From positions 13,001 to 77,000 of the forward strand of contig CAZEBF010000001.1 in the NCBI GenBank assembly GCA_964510235.1: 64,000 bases of DNA. Reading direction: 5' to 3'. Source of the DNA: an uncultured Candidatus Saccharibacteria bacterium. GTDB taxonomy: Bacteria > Patescibacteriota > Saccharimonadia > Saccharimonadales > CAYUUR01. Within the stretch, counting starts at the first letter, position 1. The number at the start of each line of letters is the position of its first letter. Positions 45,776 to 54,199 of this stretch are shown here, one piece after another. A program made the position numbers and the translations under genes. The notes beneath the pieces are model-generated. The model was not told the DNA's origin and did no database searches. It saw only the letters and a list, made by a program, of their open reading frames with translations.

Positions 45776-46852
45776 ATGAGTTTATCAATTGGGATTGTGG
45801 GATTGCCGAATGTTGGCAAGAGTACCCTGTTTAATGCCCTGACCAACAACAATATTCTGGCAGCTAATTATCCGTTTGCGACGATCGAGCCTAATACGGG
45901 TATTGTGCCTGTACCTGATGAACGCCTGGGCAAACTAGCTGAGATGTATAAAAGCAAAAAGGTTATCCCAGCAAGCGTGACGTTTGTAGACATTGCAGGC
46001 CTTGTAGCTGGTGCATCCCAAGGTGAAGGACTCGGTAACCAGTTCTTGGCCAACATCCGATCATGTAACGCTATCATTCATGTAGTGCGAGCGTTTCAAG
46101 ATGATAATGTCATCCACGTTGATGAAAAGCACGATCCCATCAAAGATATTGAGGTTATCAACACAGAGCTTGTCCTAGCCGATCTGCAAACCGTAGAAAA
46201 ACGTCTGCCGCGTATTGATAAAGAAGCGCGGGCTAACCCCAAGCTCAAGCCAATCGCCGACACCATCAAGCGCGTACACGAGATTCTAAATGACGGTAAA
46301 CCTCTGTCGAGTGTCGATGATATTGAGCCAGAGCACATCGCCGACTTACAGCTCATTACCGCCAAACCAGTCATCTATTTGTTCAATGTTGATGAAGAAA
46401 CCCTGAGTGACGAAGCTCGCAAACAAGAATTGTCCAAACTTGTCTCCCCTGCACAGTGTGTCTTCGTTTGCGCCAAGCTAGAAAGCGAACTCAATGGCTT
46501 GGATGAAGCCGACAGAACAGAGATGCTGGAAAGCTATGGCGTCAAAGAATCAGGCCTGGTACAGCTCATTCATTCTGCATACACCACTCTTGGCTTGCAA
46601 AGCTACCTGACGGCTGGCGAGCAGGAAGTCCGCGCCTGGACTATCCCTAAAGGCGCGACTGCCCCGCAAGCTGCCGGTGTAATCCACGGCGACTTTGAAC
46701 GTGGCTTTATTGCGGCTCAAGTCTTTGACTACAACGACCTCATAGCCCACGGCTCAGAAACCGCTGCCAAGCAAGCTGGCAAAGTCCGCACCGAGGGCAA
46801 AGACTACATCATGCAACCCGACGACGTCGTCGAATTCCGCTTCAACGTGTAA
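45776..46852 (+). CDS. ychF: Ribosome-binding ATPase YchF
   Basis: GIVGLPNVGKST, ANYPFATIEPN, DIAGLV, GEGLGN; TGS tail ending EFRFNV. Confidence 0.97.
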   Translation: MSLSIGIVGLPNVGKSTLFNALTNNNILAANYPFATIEPNTGIVPVPDERLGKLAEMYKSKKVIPASVTFVDIAGLVAGASQGEGLGNQFLANIRSCNAIIHVVRAFQDDNVIHVDEKHDPIKDIEVINTELVLADLQTVEKRLPRIDKEARANPKLKPIADTIKRVHEILNDGKPLSSVDDIEPEHIADLQLITAKPVIYLFNVDEETLSDEARKQELSKLVSPAQCVFVCAKLESELNGLDEADRTEMLESYGVKESGLVQLIHSAYTTLGLQSYLTAGEQEVRAWTIPKGATAPQAAGVIHGDFERGFIAAQVFDYNDLIAHGSETAAKQAGKVRTEGKDYIMQPDDVVEFRFNV

Positions 46853-46881
46853 GTAATGAGACCCCCACCCTGCTGCGGACT

Positions 46882-46989
46882 GGGAAGAGCAGCCGGCGTG
46901 ACGAATTTATTTCGGCACCCATCGCGAACGGGGCCCCCAAGAAATACATTTCTTGGGGTGTGGTGAGAAACCCAGAATGGGTGTCTCAT
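46882..46989 (+). repeat. Three-hairpin intergenic element, copy 1
   Basis: GGGAAGAGCAGCC...GCGA..GGGGCCCC hairpin...TGAGAA hairpin GTCTCAT; matches the reverse complement of 49525-49635. Confidence 0.8.
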
Positions 46990-46994
46990 ATGCC

Positions 46995-48740
46995 TTATTT
47001 ATCCATGTAGTTGCTGATGCGGCGCGACAGGTCAGCAATTTGCGATGGGTTACCACCATAGGTGAAGATTGAAAGCACATAGGTGGATTTTGGGTGATAC
47101 ACAATACCGGCGTCGTGCCGGTAACCGCCCCAGTAACCCACTTTGTTAGCCACGCTACCGCGACTACCAGTCGGAATACCTTCGCGGTAAATCTGACGTG
47201 ACATATAGCCAAGCATTTGCTTGCGATGCGATGAGGCTAACAGCGTGCCACTCTGCAAACGTTGCAGATACCAAGCAGTATCCTGAGCAGTTGTCGTGAA
47301 AACAGCTGGATTAGGGTTGGAAGAACTAAAACCCTGGCCACCAGCAAAGGCGGCAACATTACCCCAGCCACGATTATTACCAATGTTATGGAAGCACGGG
47401 TTATTCGAGTAGACGATCAAAATCTCAAGGCAACCACTCAAAGGACGATCAGCGCCCAGCTTATCATTCATTGTCCACTTACCCTTGGCTACTCCATCAT
47501 ACAAATAGTGTTGCAAGTACAACTTAGCCATACTGGCAGCAATAAACTGCTCGGAACCGTTAATACTGGCGCTACGCCCCTTGCCACCAAGTTCACGAAT
47601 TACCACGCCGGCGCGGAGCCCGGTATCGTTTTGCCAATCTTGCAGTAGAATCTGCAGGCCTTTACTGTTCTCGGAGTACGTTCGGCTAAACTGAGATGCC
47701 GCACTTATCACCTGTGGTTTAACGACAATACTCTGCTGATCGCTTTGCAGCCCTTTCATGATTGTATCGAGTGCTTCTGGCTCGTTAATCTGCTGACCAT
47801 CACGCGCTTTTGTGGTCTTGACGGTCACACCATCGTGAACCCGAATCGTTGCTGCCACAGGAGCGACATACACTTTTGGTGCAATACGTGTGATGTAGCT
47901 AGCAATCGCTTTTTTGTTATAACTAGATGCCAGCACACCACGTTTTTTGTCATAACTGATGGCGATGAAGGACTTCAGCTCGGTCTGCGGAATTAAAAAC
48001 TTCTGATCATCAACTACCACATAGGTTGCTTGAGTTGTTTGGCGTCGAAGCTGCGTTATTGAAGTGCGAGCCTCCTCTGTAGTCACAGCCGGCTCTACAG
48101 TCACCACTGGTAGCTCGACCTGTGCCGTTGTGCCAGGCTGCGCACTCTTGAGCGTAGTAACTACCTGCTCTATGTCGTAGGTCGCTCCATTCTTAGAGGC
48201 ATCTTTCAGCTCATACTCGTCCTTTACCTTCTCGACTGTAGCATTAATAGCCGGCAATGTGTTTTCTTGCTGGATGCGCTTTGCTGTCTTTCGCAAGGCC
48301 TCTTCGTTATGACGCATCTGTACGACTGCACGATTGCTGCTGCGAAACAGACTGAATGGCGTGAGTCGTTCGCGCCAGCTGTAACGCATCAGGCTCGCAG
48401 TTGTAGCCTCTGTATCAACACTTGAGCCAAGGTCTGAGTAGCTCAATGTATAAGCTTTTGTGCGAGCCTGAAGTGTAACCGAGCGATTACCTAGATTATC
48501 AAAGGTCTGTTGAAGACGAGCAGTGCTCTGAGCCCCCACCGATACACCATTAACACTCAGTAATGGAGTAGTTACATTACGCGGATAGACCACCTGCACA
48601 GCGACAACAGCCAGCAAACCAACAGTTGCTCCAGCTACAACTTTTGCACCAATACGAACCGCTCGTTGCAGTTTAGTGCTCGAGCTTGGTGTAAAGTGAT
48701 AGGCCGATGACGGCGCTGACGTTGTAAATTGTGGAGGCAT
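46995..48740 (-). CDS. Membrane-anchored protein with YoaR/VanW-type peptidoglycan-binding repeats and a class A beta-lactamase-fold domain
   Basis: TM, PG-binding-like region, ASMAK, SNN, KVG and HDAGIV motifs. Confidence 0.8.
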   Translation of the reverse strand: MPPQFTTSAPSSAYHFTPSSSTKLQRAVRIGAKVVAGATVGLLAVVAVQVVYPRNVTTPLLSVNGVSVGAQSTARLQQTFDNLGNRSVTLQARTKAYTLSYSDLGSSVDTEATTASLMRYSWRERLTPFSLFRSSNRAVVQMRHNEEALRKTAKRIQQENTLPAINATVEKVKDEYELKDASKNGATYDIEQVVTTLKSAQPGTTAQVELPVVTVEPAVTTEEARTSITQLRRQTTQATYVVVDDQKFLIPQTELKSFIAISYDKKRGVLASSYNKKAIASYITRIAPKVYVAPVAATIRVHDGVTVKTTKARDGQQINEPEALDTIMKGLQSDQQSIVVKPQVISAASQFSRTYSENSKGLQILLQDWQNDTGLRAGVVIRELGGKGRSASINGSEQFIAASMAKLYLQHYLYDGVAKGKWTMNDKLGADRPLSGCLEILIVYSNNPCFHNIGNNRGWGNVAAFAGGQGFSSSNPNPAVFTTTAQDTAWYLQRLQSGTLLASSHRKQMLGYMSRQIYREGIPTGSRGSVANKVGYWGGYRHDAGIVYHPKSTYVLSIFTYGGNPSQIADLSRRISNYMDK

Positions 48741-48764
48741 ATTTGTTTTTGATTAACAGATATA

Positions 48765-48793
48765 TTTATAGCAAATTACCGACGTTTTGTCAA
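48765..48793 (-). promoter_or_regulatory. sigma70 promoter
   Basis: TTGACA-N17-TATAAA with TG extension. Confidence 0.65.
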
Positions 48794-48807
48794 GTATACC
48801 TACCCTG

Positions 48808-49464
48808 TTACTGCCATTGGAGAACGATGTTTTTGATAGTCTCGACGATTTGTTCATGAGACGGCATTTTGTTGTCATCATAGTAATGATCAATGTCCAT
48901 AAAGTTCTCGACAGTACTCAAACAAGCGATGTCATCGGCCAACAAGTGCATGCGGTCAACTGCTGATATGCTGGCAAGCGGTGTTGCCACAATGAGCTTT
49001 TCGAGTTTGTATGGCTTCAAAAATGCAGCTGCAGCATCAAGCGACACGCCACTACTCAAGCCATCTGAGACTAGAATAACGTTATGGTAGCGCAGTAGCT
49101 TTGGGTCAATAATTCCGCCTCCGCCCAACAGCCGGTTCATAGCATGTAGTTTTTCGAGTTTAGCTTGCTCAATATACTGATGGTACTCTGTTGTAAACTC
49201 TTCGAGCTGGCCAGTTGAATACATGCCGTTATAGGTGAAGATGCCACTTTGATCGATGCTAGCCAAAGCGTCGTTTTCGCCAGGTAGCTTAATCTGTTCT
49301 GTTAGAAGCATCATCATGACGCAGTGCAGTTGCGCTGCAATCTGCGCAGCAACCACCACGCCACCATCGCTAAGTGCCACTACCGCGCAGTTCTCGTACC
49401 GATACTTTGGTACCAGCTGAGCAGCTAGCTGTCGTCCGGCGTCTGAGCGGCTCTTATAATACAT
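48808..49464 (-). CDS. Phosphoribosyltransferase-family protein with degenerate motif
   Basis: RSDAGRQLA start; VILVSDGLSSG in place of VDDGxATG. Confidence 0.75.
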   Translation of the reverse strand: MYYKSRSDAGRQLAAQLVPKYRYENCAVVALSDGGVVVAAQIAAQLHCVMMMLLTEQIKLPGENDALASIDQSGIFTYNGMYSTGQLEEFTTEYHQYIEQAKLEKLHAMNRLLGGGGIIDPKLLRYHNVILVSDGLSSGVSLDAAAAFLKPYKLEKLIVATPLASISAVDRMHLLADDIACLSTVENFMDIDHYYDDNKMPSHEQIVETIKNIVLQWQ

Positions 49465-49473
49465 GTCCCTAGT

Positions 49474-49516
49474 CTACACTTTGGCGAGTGGTTTTAACAG
49501 ATAGAAGCGTTCGGTG
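49474..49516 (-). pseudogene. Displaced duplicate of the tlyA 3' end
   Basis: Encodes TERFYLLKPLAKV* versus the gene's TERFYLLKKLS*; 15-bp exact repeat at 49502-49516 and 49660-49674. Confidence 0.8.
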
Positions 49517-49524
49517 CTTCCATC

Positions 49525-49635
49525 ATGAGACAAACCTACGGTTTTTCTCACCCTGCCCCACAAATTGAGAAATTTGCGGGGACCCCTATCGCTCCGGGCA
49601 AAAAATGCGATTTTTGCTCGGGCTGCTCTTTTCCC
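49525..49635 (-). repeat. Three-hairpin intergenic element, copy 2
   Basis: Same conserved blocks as 46882-46989, with compensatory stem changes. Confidence 0.8.
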
Positions 49636-49637
49636 TT

Positions 49638-50357
49638 TTAGCTCAGCTTCTTAAGTAGGTAGAAGCGTTCGGTGTTGCCTTTTGAACCCGAGACAGCACT
49701 GTCGGCTTTGTCGATGATAACGCAGTAGTTTTTTATCCACACTTCAAACTCCTTGAGAATCGTACGGCGCATTGACTCGTTTTTGATCACCCCTTTGTGT
49801 TTGAGCGCATCACCAGCCTCAAACTGGGGTTTTACCATCAGCGCAAGTACTGTTTCTTTGTGACTCAGCTTGATTGCGGTTGGCACTATCTCACGTAATG
49901 AAATAAACGACACATCAGCCAGGACAATATCTGGTTTTGGCTGTAAATCTTTAACGTCTCGTATGTCAGTTTGTTCACGTAAATCAATCCGCTCATCACC
50001 CCGCAAGCTTGGATGCAGCTGCTTGGTGCCGACATCGATAGCGTAGACTTTTTTGGCACCATGATGCAGCGCATACTGCGTAAAACCACCGGTAGACGAA
50101 CCGATATCCAAGACTACTTTGTCAGAAAAGTCGAGCTTGAACAGCTCGGCGACAGAGGCCAGTTTGAAGGCGGCCCGTGAAACATACTGTTCCTCGACAG
50201 TTACTTCAATGCGATCATGATCATCAACTTGTCGATGGGGCTTTTTAGCAATCTCGCTGTTCACCTTCACCTGACCAAGCTTAATATAACTTTCGGCCTG
50301 AGACCGTGACGTGACAAGCCCCCGTACCACCATCGCCTGATCAAGCCGTTGTTTCAT
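49638..50357 (-). CDS. tlyA: TlyA-family rRNA 2'-O-methyltransferase
   Basis: S4 domain, YVSR, LDIGSSTGGFT, DVSFISL and VKPQFE; start at MKQRLD. Confidence 0.93.
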   Translation of the reverse strand: MKQRLDQAMVVRGLVTSRSQAESYIKLGQVKVNSEIAKKPHRQVDDHDRIEVTVEEQYVSRAAFKLASVAELFKLDFSDKVVLDIGSSTGGFTQYALHHGAKKVYAIDVGTKQLHPSLRGDERIDLREQTDIRDVKDLQPKPDIVLADVSFISLREIVPTAIKLSHKETVLALMVKPQFEAGDALKHKGVIKNESMRRTILKEFEVWIKNYCVIIDKADSAVSGSKGNTERFYLLKKLS

Positions 50358-50364
50358 AGGTTCA

Positions 50365-51102
50365 TTATGCAGCAAGCTGACTCGTGAGGCCAATAATATC
50401 TTCGGTAGGAAGTTGTACTATATGAGAATAGGTGCAGCCTGCATCCTCGAGCCGTCTAACAGCCATTAAGCCAAGCACAGCCCCTGCTCCAAGGTGGAAC
50501 GAGTCTTGCCCGTCAAACCATGCCGAGTATATTTCATCGATTTCATCTGAATCCTGGGCATACCCTTGCTCGTAGAGGGCAGATTCTAGCACTGCATCAT
50601 CTAGCAAGTAGCCTAGCAAACGCTCCTCTATCTCTGGAGAAATCTCACCGCTATATTCTGCAGCATGGTAAGCTGCCTCGCGTGCATCAAAAAGCTCACC
50701 GGCCATGTGCGACTCTCCACGTGCCGCTATTCCTTCTGCCACAACTCTTTCAAGTAAATTGTTCTGAGGGGCGTGTTCTTCGCGAATTGTGTGAACAATC
50801 TCGTGGAAAGTAGTAAGTGCGATATCGCTAAAATAACGTCCGACTTTCTGGCGCTTAATGATCTGATGCGGAATATAAAGTTCAGCCTGTCGTGTGCCTT
50901 CTGCCGATCCAAGGCTACCATCCCAGTGACAACCAACTCGTCGCACTGTTACTGTTTTTGGCTCGTCGTAGCTCACGTCAAGATGTTCCAACATATCATG
51001 GGTTAGTTCAATTGCCCCACGAACCCACGGCTGTGTGGCCGTTCTGTATGGCTTCTTCCATTTGCCCCCACCCCATCGCATTTCGATAGGAGGCTGTTTC
51101 AT
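50365..51102 (-). CDS. Putative Zn-dependent peptidase (DUF2268-like)
   Basis: HEIVH followed by LLERVVAEGIA, a gluzincin-like third ligand. Confidence 0.55.
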   Translation of the reverse strand: MKQPPIEMRWGGGKWKKPYRTATQPWVRGAIELTHDMLEHLDVSYDEPKTVTVRRVGCHWDGSLGSAEGTRQAELYIPHQIIKRQKVGRYFSDIALTTFHEIVHTIREEHAPQNNLLERVVAEGIAARGESHMAGELFDAREAAYHAAEYSGEISPEIEERLLGYLLDDAVLESALYEQGYAQDSDEIDEIYSAWFDGQDSFHLGAGAVLGLMAVRRLEDAGCTYSHIVQLPTEDIIGLTSQLAA

Positions 51103-51106
51103 AGTG

Positions 51107-51670
51107 CTATTTTACGCGTTCGCGGTAAGCTCCTGTGGTTGTATCAACGCTGATGAGATCGCCGGTTTTGACAAATGCGGGTACTTTAACAGTGATGCCG
51201 GTCTCAACCGTGGCGTCTTTCATGACTGAACTGGTGGTGTCACCTTTAACAACATCTTCTGCGTAGGTAACTTTGAGCGGCACATTTTTGGCTAGTTCGA
51301 TATTGATAACATGGCCATCAAACAGCTGCGCCTGTACGGTGTCGCCTTCTTTCATGTAACCCTTTTGGTCGGCCATGTCTTCAGCTGGCAGTTCAAATTG
51401 TTCGTAGGATTCATTGTCCATGAAGTAGAACTTGGCACCGTCGCTGTACAGGTATTGCACGTTTTTGTTCACTACGTCTGCTGGTTCAACTGCTTCGTTA
51501 CCCTTAAAAGTCTTATCCAATACGCGACCATCGAGCAAGCTCTTGATCTTGACGTTCACAATTGAACCGCCGCGACCCATCACCTTTTGTGAGTACTCAG
51601 TCACACGATATGGCACGCCATCCATCTGGAAGACGGTGCCTTTTTTTAGATCTGTTATTCCAAACGCCAT
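51107..51670 (-). CDS. efp: Elongation factor P
   Basis: DLKKG, QYLYSDG, FMDNESYEQ, KGDT, ETG, VPAF and YRER motifs. Confidence 0.95.
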   Translation of the reverse strand: MAFGITDLKKGTVFQMDGVPYRVTEYSQKVMGRGGSIVNVKIKSLLDGRVLDKTFKGNEAVEPADVVNKNVQYLYSDGAKFYFMDNESYEQFELPAEDMADQKGYMKEGDTVQAQLFDGHVINIELAKNVPLKVTYAEDVVKGDTTSSVMKDATVETGITVKVPAFVKTGDLISVDTTTGAYRERVK

Positions 51671-52089
51671 TAGATTAGTCCCTTCTGTCTTGCAAGTTGT
51701 ATTACATTAATTGTACCTGGCGCTACATCATCTCTCTGCAATAGTTCATCGATACTATACACTTCGCTACCCTCGCCTTCATACACTTCAAAGTTTTCTC
51801 TATTTGTATCTGCTACAAAAAGTGTGTATTCTTTTTCTTTATTTGTACCTCTTGGGTCAAACTTAACTGTAAGTAGTTTTTTGAAGTCTCCGTGTTTGAG
51901 ATCTAAGGATGTCTCTTCACTGATTTCTCGAACTATTGCGTCATGCGAAGTCTCATCTGCTTCGATATGTCCACCAAAAAAGCTTAACAGCCCGGGTGAC
52001 ACTGGCGCATCGTTTGTCCTACGCTGAAGAGCACACGTGCCATCAGGTAAACGTAAGTATGCGAAGGCAATATTGTTTGTATCAGCCAT
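51670..52089 (-). CDS. NUDIX hydrolase
   Basis: Nudix box GGHIEADETSHDAIVREISEETSL. Confidence 0.9.
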   Translation of the reverse strand: MADTNNIAFAYLRLPDGTCALQRRTNDAPVSPGLLSFFGGHIEADETSHDAIVREISEETSLDLKHGDFKKLLTVKFDPRGTNKEKEYTLFVADTNRENFEVYEGEGSEVYSIDELLQRDDVAPGTINVIQLARQKGLI

Positions 52090-52756
52090 CTAGATCCTGT
52101 ACTTCCTCAGCTTCTTCTGGTGTTAGTCCTTCAGCAGTTAGCGGCGGCACGACTATGCCTTGCTCTGCAGCGAGTCTTACTGCCTTGTCAGCTAAAGGAT
52201 CAACGATGCTTTCCCATGCACTATATGCAAATAGTTCAAGTACAGTAAGGTCAGAGAAGCTAAGGTTGTCGTAACCACGCCTTATATCTTCGGTTGGCGC
52301 GTTCTCTTGCAGACTTGCCTTGATCCTTGCTGCAAGAGCGGCCTGATTAACCCCCGCCCGGTCAATGGCTCTAAATGGCATCTCGTCTTCATCTAGGCAA
52401 GATTCGTACCCAAACATAACAGCCAGTACAGCCGACAAGTCTTTCATAGCGCCAACGAGCTCGTCAGCCTGACCATCGATGTCAGCAGTCCGCACTAGAT
52501 ACATCCTTGAATATCTTTCAAGGTTCTCAGTCCAGCCTTCGATATTACTATCGCTCGCCCCATCTGCCGAGGTACGCTGATAAGCCTCAAGAAATCTAAA
52601 CGTAACGCCTGTTATTTCCTCGTTTTTACGTGTTTGCTGTCGCTCCACAACAAACTGATCAAGTGCACCGAGTGCAACTTGCGCGGTTTGCTCATCAAGA
52701 CCACTAAACACCTGCTGGAGATCCTCACGCGTAAAGGTTTCTGGGCGTTCTGCCAT
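52082..52756 (-). CDS. Hypothetical acidic helical protein
   Basis: 224-aa ORF with SD AAGGAG directly after rpsR; no recognisable motif. Confidence 0.65.
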   Translation of the reverse strand: MAERPETFTREDLQQVFSGLDEQTAQVALGALDQFVVERQQTRKNEEITGVTFRFLEAYQRTSADGASDSNIEGWTENLERYSRMYLVRTADIDGQADELVGAMKDLSAVLAVMFGYESCLDEDEMPFRAIDRAGVNQAALAARIKASLQENAPTEDIRRGYDNLSFSDLTVLELFAYSAWESIVDPLADKAVRLAAEQGIVVPPLTAEGLTPEEAEEVQDLDG

Positions 52757-52768
52757 AAAAAGTACTCC

Positions 52769-52972
52769 TTAGTTATGTGCGACGAATGGAAGCATTGCAA
52801 GGTGGCGGGCACGCTTGATTGCGACGCTCAGGTGACGCTGTTGGCTTTCGCTCAAACCAGTTTTCTTACGTGATTCGATCTGGCCATAGCCGTTTACGTA
52901 GCGCTGCAAGGTCTTAAAATCCTTGTAGTCAAAGTATGCTACTTCACTTTTGTGCTTAAAAATCTTTGCCAT
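52769..52972 (-). CDS. rpsR: 30S ribosomal protein S18 (Cys-free form)
   Basis: DYKD...LQRYV...G.I..R..TG...Q...AIKRAR.LA.LPF; SD AAAGGAG. Confidence 0.95.
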   Translation of the reverse strand: MAKIFKHKSEVAYFDYKDFKTLQRYVNGYGQIESRKKTGLSESQQRHLSVAIKRARHLAMLPFVAHN

Positions 52973-52997
52973 AATTTCTCTCCTTTCAGTCGAGAAT

Positions 52998-53067
52998 AGG
53001 GACAAGGGTTGAGGGCTAAGGGTCTAGTGTATTGTTTCTATCCCCTTGGACCTATATCCTTTACCCT
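52998..53067. repeat. Heptamer-periodic imperfect inverted repeat
   Basis: AGGGACA AGGGTTG AGGGCTA AGGGTCT ... ATCCCCT TGGACCT ATATCCT TTACCCT. Confidence 0.7.
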
Positions 53068-53072
53068 AGTTG

Positions 53073-53555
53073 TTAAAATGGGATGTCGTCGAGGTTAATT
53101 GGTTCATCGCCGATGTCTTCGATGACGACGTCATCTTTTTTCTTGGCCGCTGGTTTGCTGGCTGGCGCAGAAGAAGAACTTCCGCCCTCGTAGCTGCTAC
53201 CGCCGCCGCTATCGCCACCTTCGCTGCGTCCACCAAGGAATGTTACGTCCTGGGCGTTCACTTCTACCTTGTTGCGCTTCTGGCCGTCTTGCTCCCATGA
53301 TCGAGATTGCAAACGTCCATTAACGAGACAAGGACGACCCTTGCTCAAGTACTGTGCCACACGCTCACCGAGCGGGCCCCAGGCTACAACATCGATGTAA
53401 TCAGTTGCTTCTTGCCAGTTACCATCCGCACCTTTGAAACTGCGATTAAGCGCGAGACTAAAGTTACAGACACTCTGGCCGTTTGGCGTTTGGCGCACTT
53501 CTGGGTCTCGAGTGAGATTACCCATCAAAATTACTTGGTTAAATGATCGAGCCAT
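53073..53555 (-). CDS. ssb: Single-stranded DNA-binding protein
   Basis: NQVILMGNLTRDPE OB fold and DDIPF C-terminal tail. Confidence 0.97.
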   Translation of the reverse strand: MARSFNQVILMGNLTRDPEVRQTPNGQSVCNFSLALNRSFKGADGNWQEATDYIDVVAWGPLGERVAQYLSKGRPCLVNGRLQSRSWEQDGQKRNKVEVNAQDVTFLGGRSEGGDSGGGSSYEGGSSSSAPASKPAAKKKDDVVIEDIGDEPINLDDIPF

Positions 53556-53585
53556 TATTTATTCCTCCTATAAGAACTATGTCTT

Positions 53586-53751
53586 CAGAACCATGCATCG
53601 GTCAGTTACTTTCTAGCAAAGCTAGAAACTCTCTGCCCTCTTGGCTGATTTCTGGCTTAGAAGCTCCGGTACTCATTCACTGTACTATTAGTACGGTTCA
53701 CTGCGGTTCCTCGCTCCTGCACCAAAACTCAGCTCAAGTGCATGAATTCTG
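53586..53751. repeat. Palindromic MITE-like element between rpsF and ssb
   Basis: Outer inverted repeat CAGAACCATGCA/TGCATGAATTCTG; inner CTTGGCTGATTTCTGG/CCAAAACTCAGCTCAAG; central GTAC-TATTA-GTAC. Confidence 0.6.
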
Positions 53752-53809
53752 TATGATTTGTTAATTGTACTTATACCCTACCCCCGAGCCGTAGCCCGGT
53801 CAAGCGAAA

Positions 53810-54199
53810 TTAGTCTCGCTCTTCGTCTTTTTCGTCGCGATCATCACGGTCGCCACGCTCTGCAGCCTTTTTGGCTTTTTCTGCTTTGGCTTCTTCTGCC
53901 TTAGCAATTGCTTTGAGGTCGGGCTTTGTGATGAGATAGCGAATCACCTCGTCAGTGATATTAAGCGTGCTTTCGACTTTCTTCACGCCATCTGACGGCA
54001 TTTCTACAGTGTAAAACACGTAGATTGCATGTTCGTTACGTGCAATTGGGTATGCGAGCTTGCGCTTGCCCCAGTTGTCCGTAGCAGTTACTTTACCGCC
54101 GTTGTCTTTGATGATTTTGCTCACTCGCTCTTCGGCCTTGGTAAGGTCGACTTCGAGGTCAGGGTGATACAAAACAGCAATTTCGTACTGTTGGTTCAA
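53810..54199 (-). CDS. rpsF: 30S ribosomal protein S6
   Basis: YEIAVLYHP, WGKRKLAYPI and VIRYL; TTG start after SD AAGGAG (the ORF-track start is too far upstream). Confidence 0.95.
   Translation of the reverse strand: MNQQYEIAVLYHPDLEVDLTKAEERVSKIIKDNGGKVTATDNWGKRKLAYPIARNEHAIYVFYTVEMPSDGVKKVESTLNITDEVIRYLITKPDLKAIAKAEEAKAEKAKKAAERGDRDDRDEKDEERD

Noticed and set aside
46856-46989. ATGAGAC...GTCTCAT as MITE terminal inverted repeats
   Set aside because: The match is only 7 bp, it is absent from copy 2, GTCTCA is already paired in hairpin 3, and there is no clear target duplication.
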